From assembly GCF_001194135.2 (NCBI RefSeq), contig NC_068982.1, forward strand, positions 26,259,989 to 26,323,988: 64,000 bases of DNA, given 5' to 3'. Source of the DNA: Octopus bimaculoides (Eukaryota). Shown here piece after piece: positions 14,601-28,735 of the stretch. The position numbers were made by a program, and so were the translations under genes. Position 1 is the stretch's first letter. Each line of letters starts with the position of its first letter. Under the pieces are notes generated by a model. The model searched no databases, was not told where the DNA came from, and saw nothing but the letters and a program-made list of their open reading frames with translations.

Positions 14601-14640
14601 ATATTTAGGTCATTCTCTACCACTTTTTTAATAGAGGTTA
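11610..14640 (-). mobile_element. R4/Dong-clade non-LTR retrotransposon, element A (near-complete decayed RT + CCHC + start of REL endonuclease)
   Basis: LKQKVQAKAQRIRRFE; KNPKNYRPITCLST; WIDYKKAFDSIPH; IFQGDSLSPLIFCIAL; HLFYMDDLKL; YKYLG; HPKADVDRLYLPR; HLISGCRVLAPVEYKARHD; ILWDFAVHTDKTIKTNKPDII. Frameshifts, stops, a gap at 11864-12160, and 3' end lost after the PD motif. Confidence 0.92.
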
Positions 14641-16158
<1,518 letters not shown>

Positions 16159-17099
16159 TAAAAAAGGAGAGCAATGCATATTATCAAAGTGACGCTGGTG
16201 TTCAAATATACAAAGCCCAATATTCACATCAGGAACAATTCTCTTTCATACTGTCTTAATCTCACTCACTAGGTCCTGAAAATTTTCAAATTTTCTGTTT
16301 GTTATCCACTCTATTTTCATATGGTATTGCAATCTATATGAACTTAAATTCTTTGCTTGTATTTGTCCCCTACACTCATATCTGACTACCTTGTTTCAAT
16401 AGTATGGTCAGTTTTTATGGAGAAATAACAAAATTGCATAGCTTTTGGGGCTATTGTTACGGTGCTAGTCAAAAGGAACAATATTGTTCGCATGACTCAA
16501 CTTTTATGAAACTGGTGTGGTTACTGAAGGCAGCTGATGTTCATCTTGAAAAGCCACAGCACAATCAGTGTAGAAAAGAACATGGTAGAAAAGGGAATTG
16601 CCGTGCATCGATGAAAGATTCAGAGGAATGTGAGAGAGGAGACGTTTATTAATCTTAACTGAAATGGATTAAGAACTGTGCAAATAATTCTTTTATGAAA
16701 AGCTATAGTTTATTGTGTTGACAGTAACATTATTTCATTGTTGTCCTGGAAAGGAAGAGGGAAAAAAACCATCAGCCATGGAATCATTTGAACTCAGAAC
16801 ATTGGGATCATTATTACCGCCATGTACACTAGCCGATTCTTTCCGCCTGAAGAACAATACTTTCTATTCAAGAAACTCGATTCAATTTATGCTACAACAC
16901 TACAATAAATTTTATCCACCGGGCCATATATGATTGTAGGATAGATTTGTGTATAGAATTAACAAGGGAGAAACGAAAATCCATTCCAGAAAGACGAAAG
17001 GCAATGACACTGTGAAATTTGAGTTGTTAAAAGAGAGATGAAAATCTAAATGCAATTTTGAGGGAAATAGACAACAGTAATTTGATTGGCATTTTACCT

Positions 17100-17225
17100 T
17101 ATTGAACCTAGATGAAGGAAAGGGCAAGTTGACCTCGGCGGCATTTGAACTCAGATCGTAGCTGGAATGAAAGCAGCAAAGCATTTTCTTGACATTCTAA
17201 TGTTTCTATCAGTTTGCCGCCTTTG
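17100..17225 (-). mobile_element. tRNA-derived SINE remnant
   Basis: Reverse complement of the GAGTTCAAAT..CGCCGAGGTCAACTT body seen at 48029-48431. Confidence 0.7.
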
Positions 17226-17714
17226 GGAAACTAAATAACTCTACTGCTGGAATAATACTGGTTTCTGAGATTGGTGCAAGACCTCAAATATTGAGGAACG
17301 AATGGGATAATGATATTACCTCTAATAACTGACTGGTTCTCATTTTAGCTACTGCAAAAACATGAATGAGAAAGTCAAGTACGATAGGTTTCGAATCCAC
17401 TATGTAGAAGAATGTAATTAAATTCAGTATTTTGCTCAAAACATTAGCAATTCTATTAATCCATCGCTTTCATTACTTAAATAATAATGATTCATTACAT
17501 GAACGAAAGCAGTATAATCGAGTGAGACTACCATAATGTATTAGGGTGTCATTTTTGGAAAATATAGAATGATTAAAATATGTACAATGCAGGATTTGAA
17601 CTTCGCAAACCATAGAGGGTAATAATGCATTTTTGTCAGATCTTTAAAATATACCAACAATACTGCAGTCACTACCAGTAATATGCATTGCACGACTTGC
17701 GAGCAGCATAGTGT

Positions 17715-17779
17715 AAGTTCATCCCTTGTCAGAACCTACAATACGGTCGGTGTTGTAAGTTCTAACACGGGATGAACTT
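17715..17779. ncRNA. Candidate pre-miRNA-like hairpin (65 nt, 30-bp stem, 5-nt loop)
   Basis: Arms AAGTTCATCCCTTGTCAGAACCTACAATAC and GTGTTGTAAGTTCTAACACGGGATGAACTT; on the minus strand the fold has 26 Watson-Crick pairs, 2 G:U and 2 mismatches. No expression evidence. Confidence 0.35.
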
Positions 17780-18448
17780 TTCGTATACTTGTAAAATAGT
17801 TCGAAATACTTATAATGAACTTCGATGCCATGAACATAGAAACTTCCTCCATGATATAAAACTTCACCTATGATTTAAACTTTCCCTATGATATAAAATG
17901 TAAGGACGTTTGTACTTAATAAAAAGGAAAATATTCTTATTTATTTAGTTATTTACTTTATTTTCTGTGCAAGCATTTTTACCGTCTTTAATATCCGGTT
18001 TGAATTTGAAATTTAATTCCGGATTTACCCTTCTCATTTGGACAGCTTTATGTGGGTTGGTGCGTTTGAATAACAGCACGGACCAATGGGTAAAGCCCGT
18101 TCGTGAATGGGCTTATCGATTTACTCTTGCAACAATGATATATTGGTGGAAACTTATAACAAGACTTAAATAAACTTTGTTTTTCGTTTCATTAACACCA
18201 CGAATCATATTGCTTTCATATGAAAGACAATAAAGTAATCTCTATTGTGTGACTACGTGTGTATTGATGTGAATAAGTGGAGTTGGCGTGCTTGCAAGTC
18301 CTTGTATTGATGTGTATTTGTGTATATGCACTTCTAATTGATAAACTGTTCGTTAATCGATCTCACAAACAACTAATAAAAAGACGAATGAAATAACAGC
18401 AATTTAAAGAAGCAACAAGAACAATAACACAAACAATAAAACAACGTA

Positions 18449-18525
18449 TGCTGCTGCTGCTGCTGCTGCTACAACTACTACTACTACTACTACCTATAAT
18501 AATGATAATAATAATGATGATGATA

Positions 18526-18569
<44 letters not shown>

Positions 18570-18570
18570 A
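18449..18570. repeat. Compound (GCT)(ACT)(AAT)(GAT) microsatellite
   Basis: Direct reading. Confidence 0.95.
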
Positions 18571-19313
18571 CTAGTAACAGCAGCAACTTTTCTTTTGTGG
18601 GAGGAGCTTGTAGATTATTAGCCTGCATAAATATTTCCAAAACCTTATTTTGAAACAATTATAATTCTCTAATTAAAACAGTGAAAATCTACGAAAAATG
18701 CTGTGCTTAATAACACTAGGTAGGATGAAGTTGAAGCGGGCGATATTAAGAGAACATAACTAAGGTGGGGAATATCTTGTGTATTGTAATTCGTCAGGGC
18801 TGGGCTGCAGAGTCATAACTCTTTTCTCATAGAAAAACAGTAAAATAGGCTTGAATAGAGTAAATTGCGTGTTTTGCTTCGGTAAAAAATAAATAAATAA
18901 ATAACTCAGAGACGCCATCTACAAGTACAAAAAATAGTTAACTTAACAGTAGCATCTTTAATGCAGATGGTATTAATCCAATACTTGCCATATCATCTAA
19001 AATAATATTAGTCTTTGAATTATGCACTTTTTATCATCAAATAATTATATTAAATTAGCTTTTTAATGCTTCCTAAATTAAATGTTATAACACTAACTTA
19101 ACTATTGTTTATCAATCTTTCGTCTTTGTGTGTAATAGACGATAAGATATAGTAACAGCAATTAGGCAGTTTGGTAGATCAAATACCATTCTAATTTCAA
19201 TAAAACATTAGAATCAATAACGTTGATTATTGTATTTACTGAGATGATGAGATTATCGTATTTACTGAGATGCTGCAATGATTGTCATAGTGTGGAATGT
19301 AGAACGTTACTGG

Positions 19314-20313
19314 TGTAGCAAGTCATAAAAGGCGGCAATATGATGTAATGGTCCTTTGCCCGAACAAGCATATTTGTGGGTAATCCCGTTGGTTAAAATT
19401 AGTGCCTATATTTGAATTCTAAATTTCCGTCAAAGAGAATTCTTTCACGAAATACGGTTCTTAAAATTCAAATACGGGCAGTAATTTTAACCAATGGGAT
19501 TACCAACAATTATGCCACTTTTTATAGCCGTGTTTTGTTACTTTTTGTGTAACACTATTTTTATATGTTTCCTATTTGGAAATAGATAATAAATTTATTT
19601 TACTTTGAAGTAGAAAAATATATGTTGATAAACACGTTACTTATAACTTACTTATAATTGTTATCATTATACATAAATCCTGACTCCAGCTACATAGACG
19701 CCACAGCGAGAAATATATACTCTGAAACGCCAACGGAAACTTTAAGCGTGCATGTATGTTGAAGATAAATAAATCCGTGTTCTCTTAACCGCTATAACAA
19801 AAAAAATATACAGTTTCATATTTGCAGAAATAAATTTCATTAACACGTTGAAGAACGTGAAGAAAGAGAAAATAATTGCTACATTATTTTATTTATGTGC
19901 ATTTAGCATTTATAGTACAATTGGAAAGTAAAGTCATTTTGTCATAGAGAATTATGACTTAAAATTCACACTAGCTAATCTTTCATACTAACCACTAGAG
20001 TTCACAACAATTGAAATAAGTCTTGTTGGATTTTTATCATAAAGAGGGCATGAAAAATAGCCAATATCTCAATGGGTGAGTGTCGTGGAGTTTAGTAACA
20101 TCCAACGATCACTGATTAATTTCCCCCAAATCAGGGTTTTTATAACTGCTCATACCTGAATACTAAGAACCGTATTTCGTGAAAGAATTCTCTTTGACGA
20201 AAATTTAGAATTCAAATATGGGCAGTAATTTTAACCAATGGGATTACGAACAATTATGCTTGTTCGGGCAAACGACCATTACGTCATATTGCTGCCTTTT
20301 ATGACTTGCTACA
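19314..20313. repeat. Long inverted repeat: 150-bp arms at 19314-19463 and 20164-20313, plus a nested 51-bp inverted pair at 19368-19418 / 19465-19515
   Basis: Base-by-base reverse-complement match of the arms; no clear TSD. Confidence 0.9.
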
Positions 20314-21092
20314 TAAGCCTTTCACCAGAAAAATTGTCCATTTTGCGAAAAAAAAAATCATAATACATATATACTTCAATACAATGTTTGAATTAATACT
20401 TTTAGCAAGTCAAATATACAAATTTACAAAGGATCCACAAATTTACAATGTTAAAGACATGAAAATAACCGCTCATCACGGTTTTCAATAACAACAGCGT
20501 TCTTGTAAAGTTTATCAAATTGTTCAATCTAATTTCTCTGGAAAAATTACAAATCTTTTTATAAACCAAAAATTCCAGGAATACAAAAGTTCATGAAGAA
20601 TATATTCAAACAAACTGAGAAAGTCTTTTGGGAAAATGTACAATTCTACCACTTCTAGTTTTCTTTTCGCTGGTAGGTGATTTTAAAATTGACTTGTGGG
20701 TCTTTTCCAGCAAGTCATACTGGAATTGAATCATTAGCTCATGGGTCATAAGTTCAAATCATCTGCAGGTAATTTGTAGTATTTATTATCGGAACTGTTA
20801 CATCTGCATTGTTAAAATTCATTTAAATATATTGAAGTGGATACCTGGCTATTAAGGAATAGGTAACGGAGATAGAGATACAACTTATACAGGAATAACC
20901 GCGCGGTTAAAAAGTTTACCCTGCAACATTATTTTTGTGGATTTGATCAAACTGTGTAGCATCATCGCAAAGTATTTTCCACCATAGACTCGGATAGATC
21001 GAAAGTAAGAGAGTGAAATTTGATAGGCGAAAACTACAGTGATTTCATATATATGCCATAGATGTATGTTTTGCATGTATGTTCGTTTCTGT

Positions 21093-21170
21093 TTATTACC
21101 TCCACCTTCGATAAGACGGAAGTACTGTTTCAGTTGTGTTTGTTTGTTGTTTGTCCGTGGACAAGATATC
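21093..21170 (+). mobile_element. Helentron-associated (HINE/DINE-1-like) terminal fragment
   Basis: TTATTACCTCC, then a short CTTC...GGAAG hairpin, then a (GTTT)n/GTCC microsatellite-like tract, which is the usual HINE terminal layout. Confidence 0.45.
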
Positions 21171-21539
21171 AACTTGTTAAGCGATGAATAATCTAGAGCA
21201 TATTTCTAGATTCATTTCGTAGTACCCAAATTTTCAGATTCACAGTTATTGAGTCTCAATAAGATTTTATATCAGTAATTAAACTCAGAAACTGAAACTA
21301 CTGTGAAGTGCAATTCATCGAAACTTTGATAGTTATCAACGAAAACACATCGGCCTAACCCGATACACCAAAGTAGAATATCCTTTCTGCAAAACAGTCC
21401 AACTTATGAGTCAGCTTGTTGTCTCTCCATTACACGATCTTCTTTATCATTTGGATAATTTGAGAAATAATACAACACATAATTGTGTTACGATGTTACA
21501 AATTTGAATTGAAAATGGAAAATTTTGATGACACGAGAT

Positions 21540-21730
21540 AAGGCCTGAAATGTTGAGGACTGGGGGTCGATTGCATTGACCCAATGCTCAGCTGGTATTT
21601 ACTCTCTCGTTCTCTGGGAGAGGAAAGGCGAATTCGACCTCGGCAGAACTTGATCTCATAAGGTAAAGATGAACGAAATACCGCTAAGCATTTTTCCCGG
21701 TGTGCTAACGATTCTGCCAGCTCAGCACCT
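21540..21730 (-). mobile_element. tRNA-derived SINE
   Basis: Reverse complement reads GAGCTGGCAGAATCGTTAGCACACCGGG..ATGCTTAGCGGTATTTCG, the same head as 48029. Confidence 0.85.
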
Positions 21731-23902
21731 TGATATATTATATATAATTCATTATATATAACACGTTGTAAATAATACGTTATATTATGTATATAACATA
21801 GATTCATTTGGTCACTGATGTGACGTACAGTATGCCGTGAGTACTTTTAAACGTAGCAGAATCAAGGCCATGCTATGTCTGACCACAAGCGCTTCTTTCG
21901 GGGGAGGGGGCTTTATTTATTGACTCCGAGAGGACAACAGGCAACATTTGGCCTTGATCATAGTTGAACACATAGTGCAGAGAGTGTCGGAACTTACATC
22001 TGAGTCGTTGATTACTTGACCATGTATTCATTTGTAGATTGTAAGTACACTATGCATAAATATACATCTCGTCAATGGCTGTCTAAGTTTTTCAGATTGT
22101 TGTGGATAATTTTCAATCAGATCTTTTTCACTCTTCACTTGTGATCAATTGTTTGTATGGTAACATTGACGATTCACTCGATTGGTATGGACATACCAGT
22201 GTAAACTCCGTGTCTTGGTTATTTTAAAAACGGTGTGCTGGCAAAACCATCTTCGTCGAATTTGATCATATGGTAAATGAGTATTCTGCGTTACTCCGAG
22301 AATTCAGCAAACACGTAAAATGTGTACAGTTTTTAGCTGGAGAACTATTCAAATATTAACTGTCAATTTCCTATTACCTCTGGTAAAGAGAAAATTATTT
22401 CCCGCATTAAAGATTAAATATCAGTTCCTTTGATAGTGGTGAATGGGTTCTCCTACAATTTTCTGAAATGACTAAGCATCTGATTCACCTTGATAGAATT
22501 ACCGTTGATCAACTTTGAAGAAGTTCATACTACAACTCTATGCATTTGATTCATCAATGTCATAGTAAACAGAATAAAACCTAAAAAGATGGTCTTTTTG
22601 TCGGTTAAATTGTATAGATGGCTAGCAGGTGATCTTGACAAAAGATGCTTCTAGTACACATTGCACAGCTTTCCTATATTATGAAATACAGTAAAACAAT
22701 TATGGTGAGAAAACTTGAGTAGCCGGTAGTGTGAAAATATGCAAGAAAAACCAGAATTGTTTGAACATTAGGCCAGATTATAATTTCAAATTACTTGGAA
22801 CGGTCAGTGGATTTGAGAATATATGTGCGCAAGTCAGTTCTGTGCATCCTACGTGAGCGAGTTACTCACTTATGTGCATTTACACCTGTGGGTCGGTATA
22901 GCGAGCAAATTTGCATATTCGTATGAATTTAAAGACGGGTTCCCAGCTCTATTGTATAGCTTATCTATTTGGATATAGCTTAATTCCTTAATCATTTTAT
23001 TTCATTGGAAGTAAATAATTTTATTCAGTAAGTTTCCAAACTATATTTGTAAACTTGTTTATATTTTATGGATTGTATGCACAATATTCCTAAAGTTATT
23101 AAAACATTTAAACGCTCTGAAAATGCTTAAAACGTTCACCACAATCATTGATATAAATAAACGATATTTATATTTTCAAACTGAATGTGTGTGCCTCCTG
23201 CTGCATAGCTATCCACAGCTACTCTAATCCTTGTGGTTTGTGTCACAATGGAATATTTTCTTTCAGCTAGCTTAATGCTTAAATTATAAAGGAGTTGCAG
23301 AGCTATTTGACGATATTCAGAATCATTCATCTCACTGCTTAGACAATTTACGGTTTAGATGCAGCTACACATTCCTATTAATAGGCGAGATTTCACCTTC
23401 ATGCTGAAAGTACACCAATGTATATAAAACATGTTACTGCATACATTTAAATACCGAAAATGCAAAAAAAAAAAGAGGAGAAAAAGCGATAAAAAGAAAA
23501 AGCGAAAAACACTACTTTTGCAGCTATAAAATCTCTCGTAAGTGATTGCATTGTAAAGATAAAAACAAAGAAAGCAAAATATTGTATGAGTTTCAGAAAT
23601 CTTGAATAAGGTTACAAAAAAAAAAACAACTTAAAACACGTATGTATAGTTCATTCAATGTAAATGGTTATGCTGTGTGGATATATTTATATCATTCCGA
23701 AACGCTCTCTTTTCTTGTCCTCTCTCTCTCCTTCTCAGGCACACATACTCTCACATTTGAGTGTGTGTGTCTATAAAACAAGAGAGAGAAAGAAAAGGAG
23801 AAAGACAAAAAAAGAGAGACAAACAGACAGAGACAGAGGCATAGATCTGCAAGAAATAGTTATTATATCTGCATCAGTATTATATATACTTATACGTACA
23901 TG

Positions 23903-24020
<118 letters not shown>

Positions 24021-25025
24021 TATACACATATATGTGTGTATATATATTCATATATACTTGCATGTATGCATGCATACAAACATGCATAGATACATAATAC
24101 ATACATACATAAATACATACATACATACATACATGCACATATATATGTATATATAGAGAGATATGCATGATACAAATCGAGCATCCAAAGTATACTTTCA
24201 TGTTTATACCCAATGTTATTGGCAACGCTATTCTAATCTGTCTGAAACAATGTGTAAACTTGGATTCTTTGAAAAAGATCGTAACACCATAATTCAGACT
24301 AGTAGGACCCACGGGATTTCTAACGTGTAAATCAGCATATTTGTATATCTACTTTCCTTTCTGGCGATGTATGTGTTTCCTTTCATAATACCGATAAGCA
24401 TCTATACTTTATAACGAAAACAGGAAAAGAAAAAAGTGAATAATGGCGCTGCCCCAGTATGCAAAAGATTAAAGTGTAACATCCGCAGCGATTTCCTAAG
24501 GTTATTCAGTTCAATTTAACTATCTATCGGTATATCTTTTAATGCATAAATTTATAGATCTGCATGATATTCTTTTAATATGTCAAACATTTTAACTGTG
24601 CCTATGATGTAAACACACAAACACAGAGTAGTATAGACCCCCCCTCTCTCTTTCCCTTTCTCTCACTTTTTCTCCCTCTCTTTCATGCTTTCCTTTCTAT
24701 TTTTTTTTACTGATTCCATTATTTTTGGCTTTCTTTTTCTCTCCCCTTCCCCCTTTCTCTCTATATATATTTCCCCCATTCGAGTTATTACCTCTTCAGA
24801 CGGAAAAAAACTGACAGAACGCAGGAGCAACGAGTATAATATTATTGTGATACAGATGATCATGACATCTGGAACCCTAAAAGTCTGTAAGAAATTCTTA
24901 GAGTTTAAAGGATCAAGTTGTGTTGACAAAGAGAACGCAACTACGAATTTAAATCTATTTTGTTTATACGAATTACATAGATACAAAGGGGCATTAATTC
25001 AGTCATTCATTCATTAATACATACA

Positions 25026-25056
<31 letters not shown>

Positions 25057-25628
25057 CTCCATGCATATATTTCAACTTGAGAAATATCAGTGGAACGTTC
25101 CCCTTAAATCCTTCACCGAATGTAAAACACAGCAGGTGCAATCTAATTGTTAGGAATAGAAAAGAAAATTATGAATACTGATAGAATACAGCTGACCTGA
25201 ATATGTGATAATTTTCTTTGAAAATATATGTGAAAAAGAATACATGGACAGCTCCTTCGAGACATATAACGTTTAACATTTAACAGCAAGTAAAATACAA
25301 TTGTCAGAGTCGGAGAAGAAGAATTATGAACTCATACAGATAGATCTCAGCTGACCTGCAGATGTAAATATTTCTTTCACAATCTATGTGAAAGACGGTC
25401 CGGCCCCTTCGAGACATATAGAAGATAACCAACAAATAATACGACCAACTTTGCCAATTTTGCAATTTCCTTCTGTAAACAGAACTGTAAAAATATGCAA
25501 CATTTAAATCTTTGCTGTTGTTATTATCTAAAATCTGTGACTAAAGTGTTGTTTGAGTGATATAAAAGATTCCTTTTCTTCATTGGAACAATTCAAATAA
25601 ATATAAATATAAAAGAAGCCATACACAA

Positions 25629-25730
25629 GGTCGTGGTTTCGATTCGCGAGCCACGTTGTGCGTTGTGCCTTTCACCAAAACACTTCATTTCACTTTGTTC
25701 CATTCCACTTAACTGTAAACAAGTAACTCT
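25629..25730 (+). mobile_element. SINE fragment (tRNA B-box region and core)
   Basis: GGTCGTGGTTTCGATTC B-box-like motif followed by a TTGTGCCTTT..CAAAACACTTCATTTCAC core-like segment. Confidence 0.55.
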
Positions 25731-25738
25731 ATGACAGA

Positions 25739-26278
25739 CTAGAGTTCGGTTGAGAGTGATTGTTGTGACTTATACTCCTTAGAAACCAGGAAATCTGCAT
25801 TATAGTCCCAAGATTCGAGACAGTATTTATTTTTCCATAAATAAAGCGATAAATTTAAGCATATATCAGAAGAATCGATACAATACTGATTTCGAATTTG
25901 TTGCATCCGTCTCGATTCACATTCAGGTATTTCATTCCAACTTGACCTAAAACACATGCCCTAGTTGAAATGGCCGTCAGTAATAGGTATTGAACATTTT
26001 TGATACATTATAAATGCATTTGGTCAAGTGGGAATATTTGTACTTCTTCTTATCAAAGCCACGCATTAGGTCAAGTTGGAATGAAATTCCTGAATGTGAA
26101 TCGAGACGGATGTAGTAAATTCGAAATCAGTATTGTATCGATTCTTCTGATATATGCTTAAATTTATCGCTTTATTTATGGAAAAATAAATACTGTCTCG
26201 AATCTTTGGATTCATAATGCTGATTTCCTAGTTTCCAAGGAGTATAAGTCACAACAGTCACTCTCAACCGAACTATAG
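25739..26278. mobile_element. Fold-back/MITE-like element with ~212-bp inverted arms and a 115-bp spacer
   Basis: 25739-25950 is the reverse complement of 26066-26278 with about a dozen differences by manual count. Confidence 0.85.
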
Positions 26279-26520
26279 GGCATTTCGAAGAAATTACACC
26301 TATACGCACACATGCACAAACCTAGAAACACACAAGTTATTATGTATGTAGTATATGTAAAAATTCATCAGCAATAAGATATTTACTCTCTAAATGAATT
26401 GAGACCAATCTTTCTGAGAGGTAAGTATGTCGCTCATGCACACATGCGCGCACACACATACGTATGCATATAGATGTGTGTGTATGTATGTGCATGTGTT
26501 TGTGGATGTAACGATATATA

Positions 26521-27791
26521 TCAGGTCATCCCATAAGTTCCGTCCGAAGTTTTAATGAAGAAAACATGTGATCAAATGTTATATTTAATTGAAATTTAAT
26601 CATCAATGTACTTTCTTTGATTATCTATGACTTCCTTTCATCTATTTACAAGCTTTTTAATCTCGTCAATGTAAAACTCTTTTGGTTTCAAAGTGAGAAA
26701 CTCTGAAATGTCAGTTTCGACCTCCTCCTGGCTTGCGAAAGTTATGTCCCCCAAATGATTCTGTTAGCTACAAAACAAATGGTAGTCTGAAGGAGCAAGG
26801 TCAAGAGAATGAGGAATCTTTCACGATTAAGCTCTTCAATCTTCTGTGATGTGATCTTTGCAGTGTGGCCGCGCGCATTGTCCTGATGAAACATCACTCC
26901 TTTTCGATTCACTAAAGCGGGTCTTTTTTCTTCAAAGCTTGGTTCAAACGCTCTTATTGCTGACAGTACACTTGAGCATTCATTGTTGCATTAGGTGGTA
27001 ACAATTCAAAGTAAATTGCTCCTTTGCAATCTCACCAGATAGAGAGAACCTTTTTTCCATGTTCTCTTCCCGGTTGTGGTTGAGCTTTTTCCCCTTTACC
27101 AAGCCACTGTTTATGCCATTTAACATTTCGATAGAAGATATATTTTTCGTCACCAGTCTGTAGTCTATCCGAAAAGGGTGAAATGAGTTCGCAAGAATGG
27201 AGAGAAAAGCAGATGTGAACTCGGGATGTGCGGTTGCTTTCGGACAATTCATGAGGCACCCATTTTCCAAGTTTAGGAATCTTTCCAAGTTATTGAAGAT
27301 GACGATGAACAGTTATATTTTTTTTAACTAAGCTTTATTGCCAATTCTTCAACTGATAGTGCAGGAATTTCTTCAAGTAATGCCTCAAGGAGCTTATAAT
27401 CAAACTCAACTAGACGTCTTGTTCGCTCTTCATCTTCAAGGCTGAAACCTCCACTTCTGAGTTTTGCAAACCATCTCCTTCAAGTTCTTTCATTCAAGCA
27501 TTCCTTCCCATAAACTGAGTGTATGTTTCGAGTCGCTTTGGCTGCAGAGTTTCCTTTTTTGTCCTTATAAAGCATTATGTGCCTTAAAAGCTCTTTGGAT
27601 ACTTCCATGTTAGAAAGGGTTTCAATTAAAGAAATTTTAAATCTATTATTCTGTAAAATAATATTTAATTAGTTTAAATGTACACAAATGCATAAAAATA
27701 ATTTCTAATTACATTAGACATTCTAAAATACTATAAATTTCATTCAATTTTAAAAAAGGTAAGATCGGACAGAACTTATGGGATGACCTGA
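26521..27791 (-). mobile_element. Mariner (DD34D) DNA transposon, full length, inactive
   Basis: TIRs TCAGGTCATCCCATAAGTTC(C/T)GTCCGA at both ends, TA duplication at 26519-26520 and 27792-27793, length 1271 bp. Confidence 0.96.
26596..27608 (-). pseudogene. Mariner transposase pseudogene
   Basis: MEVSKELLRHIMLY...RRWFAKLRSG (HTH); GKWVPHELS; TGDEKYIFY; FHQDNARGH; DLAPSDYHLF; YIDD*. Internal stops and frameshifts. Confidence 0.93.
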
Positions 27792-28693
27792 TATATCATT
27801 CACACATACGCACGCACATAATATATGCTCACATACATACATATACGCATATATACATACATATAATAAATGTGTTTTAGAATGATTTATATTAGATACT
27901 ATGGATCATTGTTTATGCAAATTTCTGTTGAAGACTTAAGTAAGGTGATCAGTGAAATTTGAACGAAAGCTTGTTATACTTGACAGCTTCCCCGGTTTCG
28001 TTTCCCGGTTTCATTTACGTCAGTAATACAGTTGAAGAAAATATAGACGTCACAACGTCCTATTACCGTATCTTTTAGAAAACTGTGCGCGCTTTATACT
28101 TTCGTATGAAAAGGTTAAGTACATAATTATGCAGATAGTGAATATATGAATACACATAACTATATACGTGCGGGAAGCCAGGCGAACAGACAGGCACGTG
28201 TAGGAGTGTGTAATGTAAGTTGGCGTTGGGGAATTCCTAACTTGCAATCATGATAATATACATATTTGCGTAAATGTGTGTGTGTGTGCGTGTGTGCGTG
28301 TGTACGTGTATGTTTGAGTTGGTTTGAATGCGAAGTACTCAAGTGCCTACTGCAGGATGAAATACATGTGTGTATGATGCAAGTAATAATCAGTGTGAGA
28401 ATAATGCTTAAGTGTGTCAAGTAGTGAAGTGCTAGGTGTGACGATATCTATTTATCTACTCTTGTAGAAGAGGTAGACGAGATAGTATGTCACTGGGCTA
28501 CAAGAATTTTAATATTCATGTTTTCTTTTTCACGTCTCTGAGTACAAATTTCACTGAATTAACCCATTTTCTGAACTTCCGCTGCCGTTAAATTAATGGT
28601 CATAATGCATCCTTGTCAACGAAAAAAAAATCAGAAGTAGAACTTGTAAAGGTTAAAAGAGTGTTTATTCTTAATAAATTTAACATCTCAGCA

Positions 28694-28735
<42 letters not shown>

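Noticed and set aside
18093-18114. GC-rich hairpin AAGCCCGTTCGTGAATGGGCTT resembling a Helitron 3' hairpin
   Set aside because: No CTRR terminus at the expected distance downstream.
23145-23330. 61-aa protein-like ORF on the minus strand
   Set aside because: No recognisable motif or convincing splice pair; within chance expectation.
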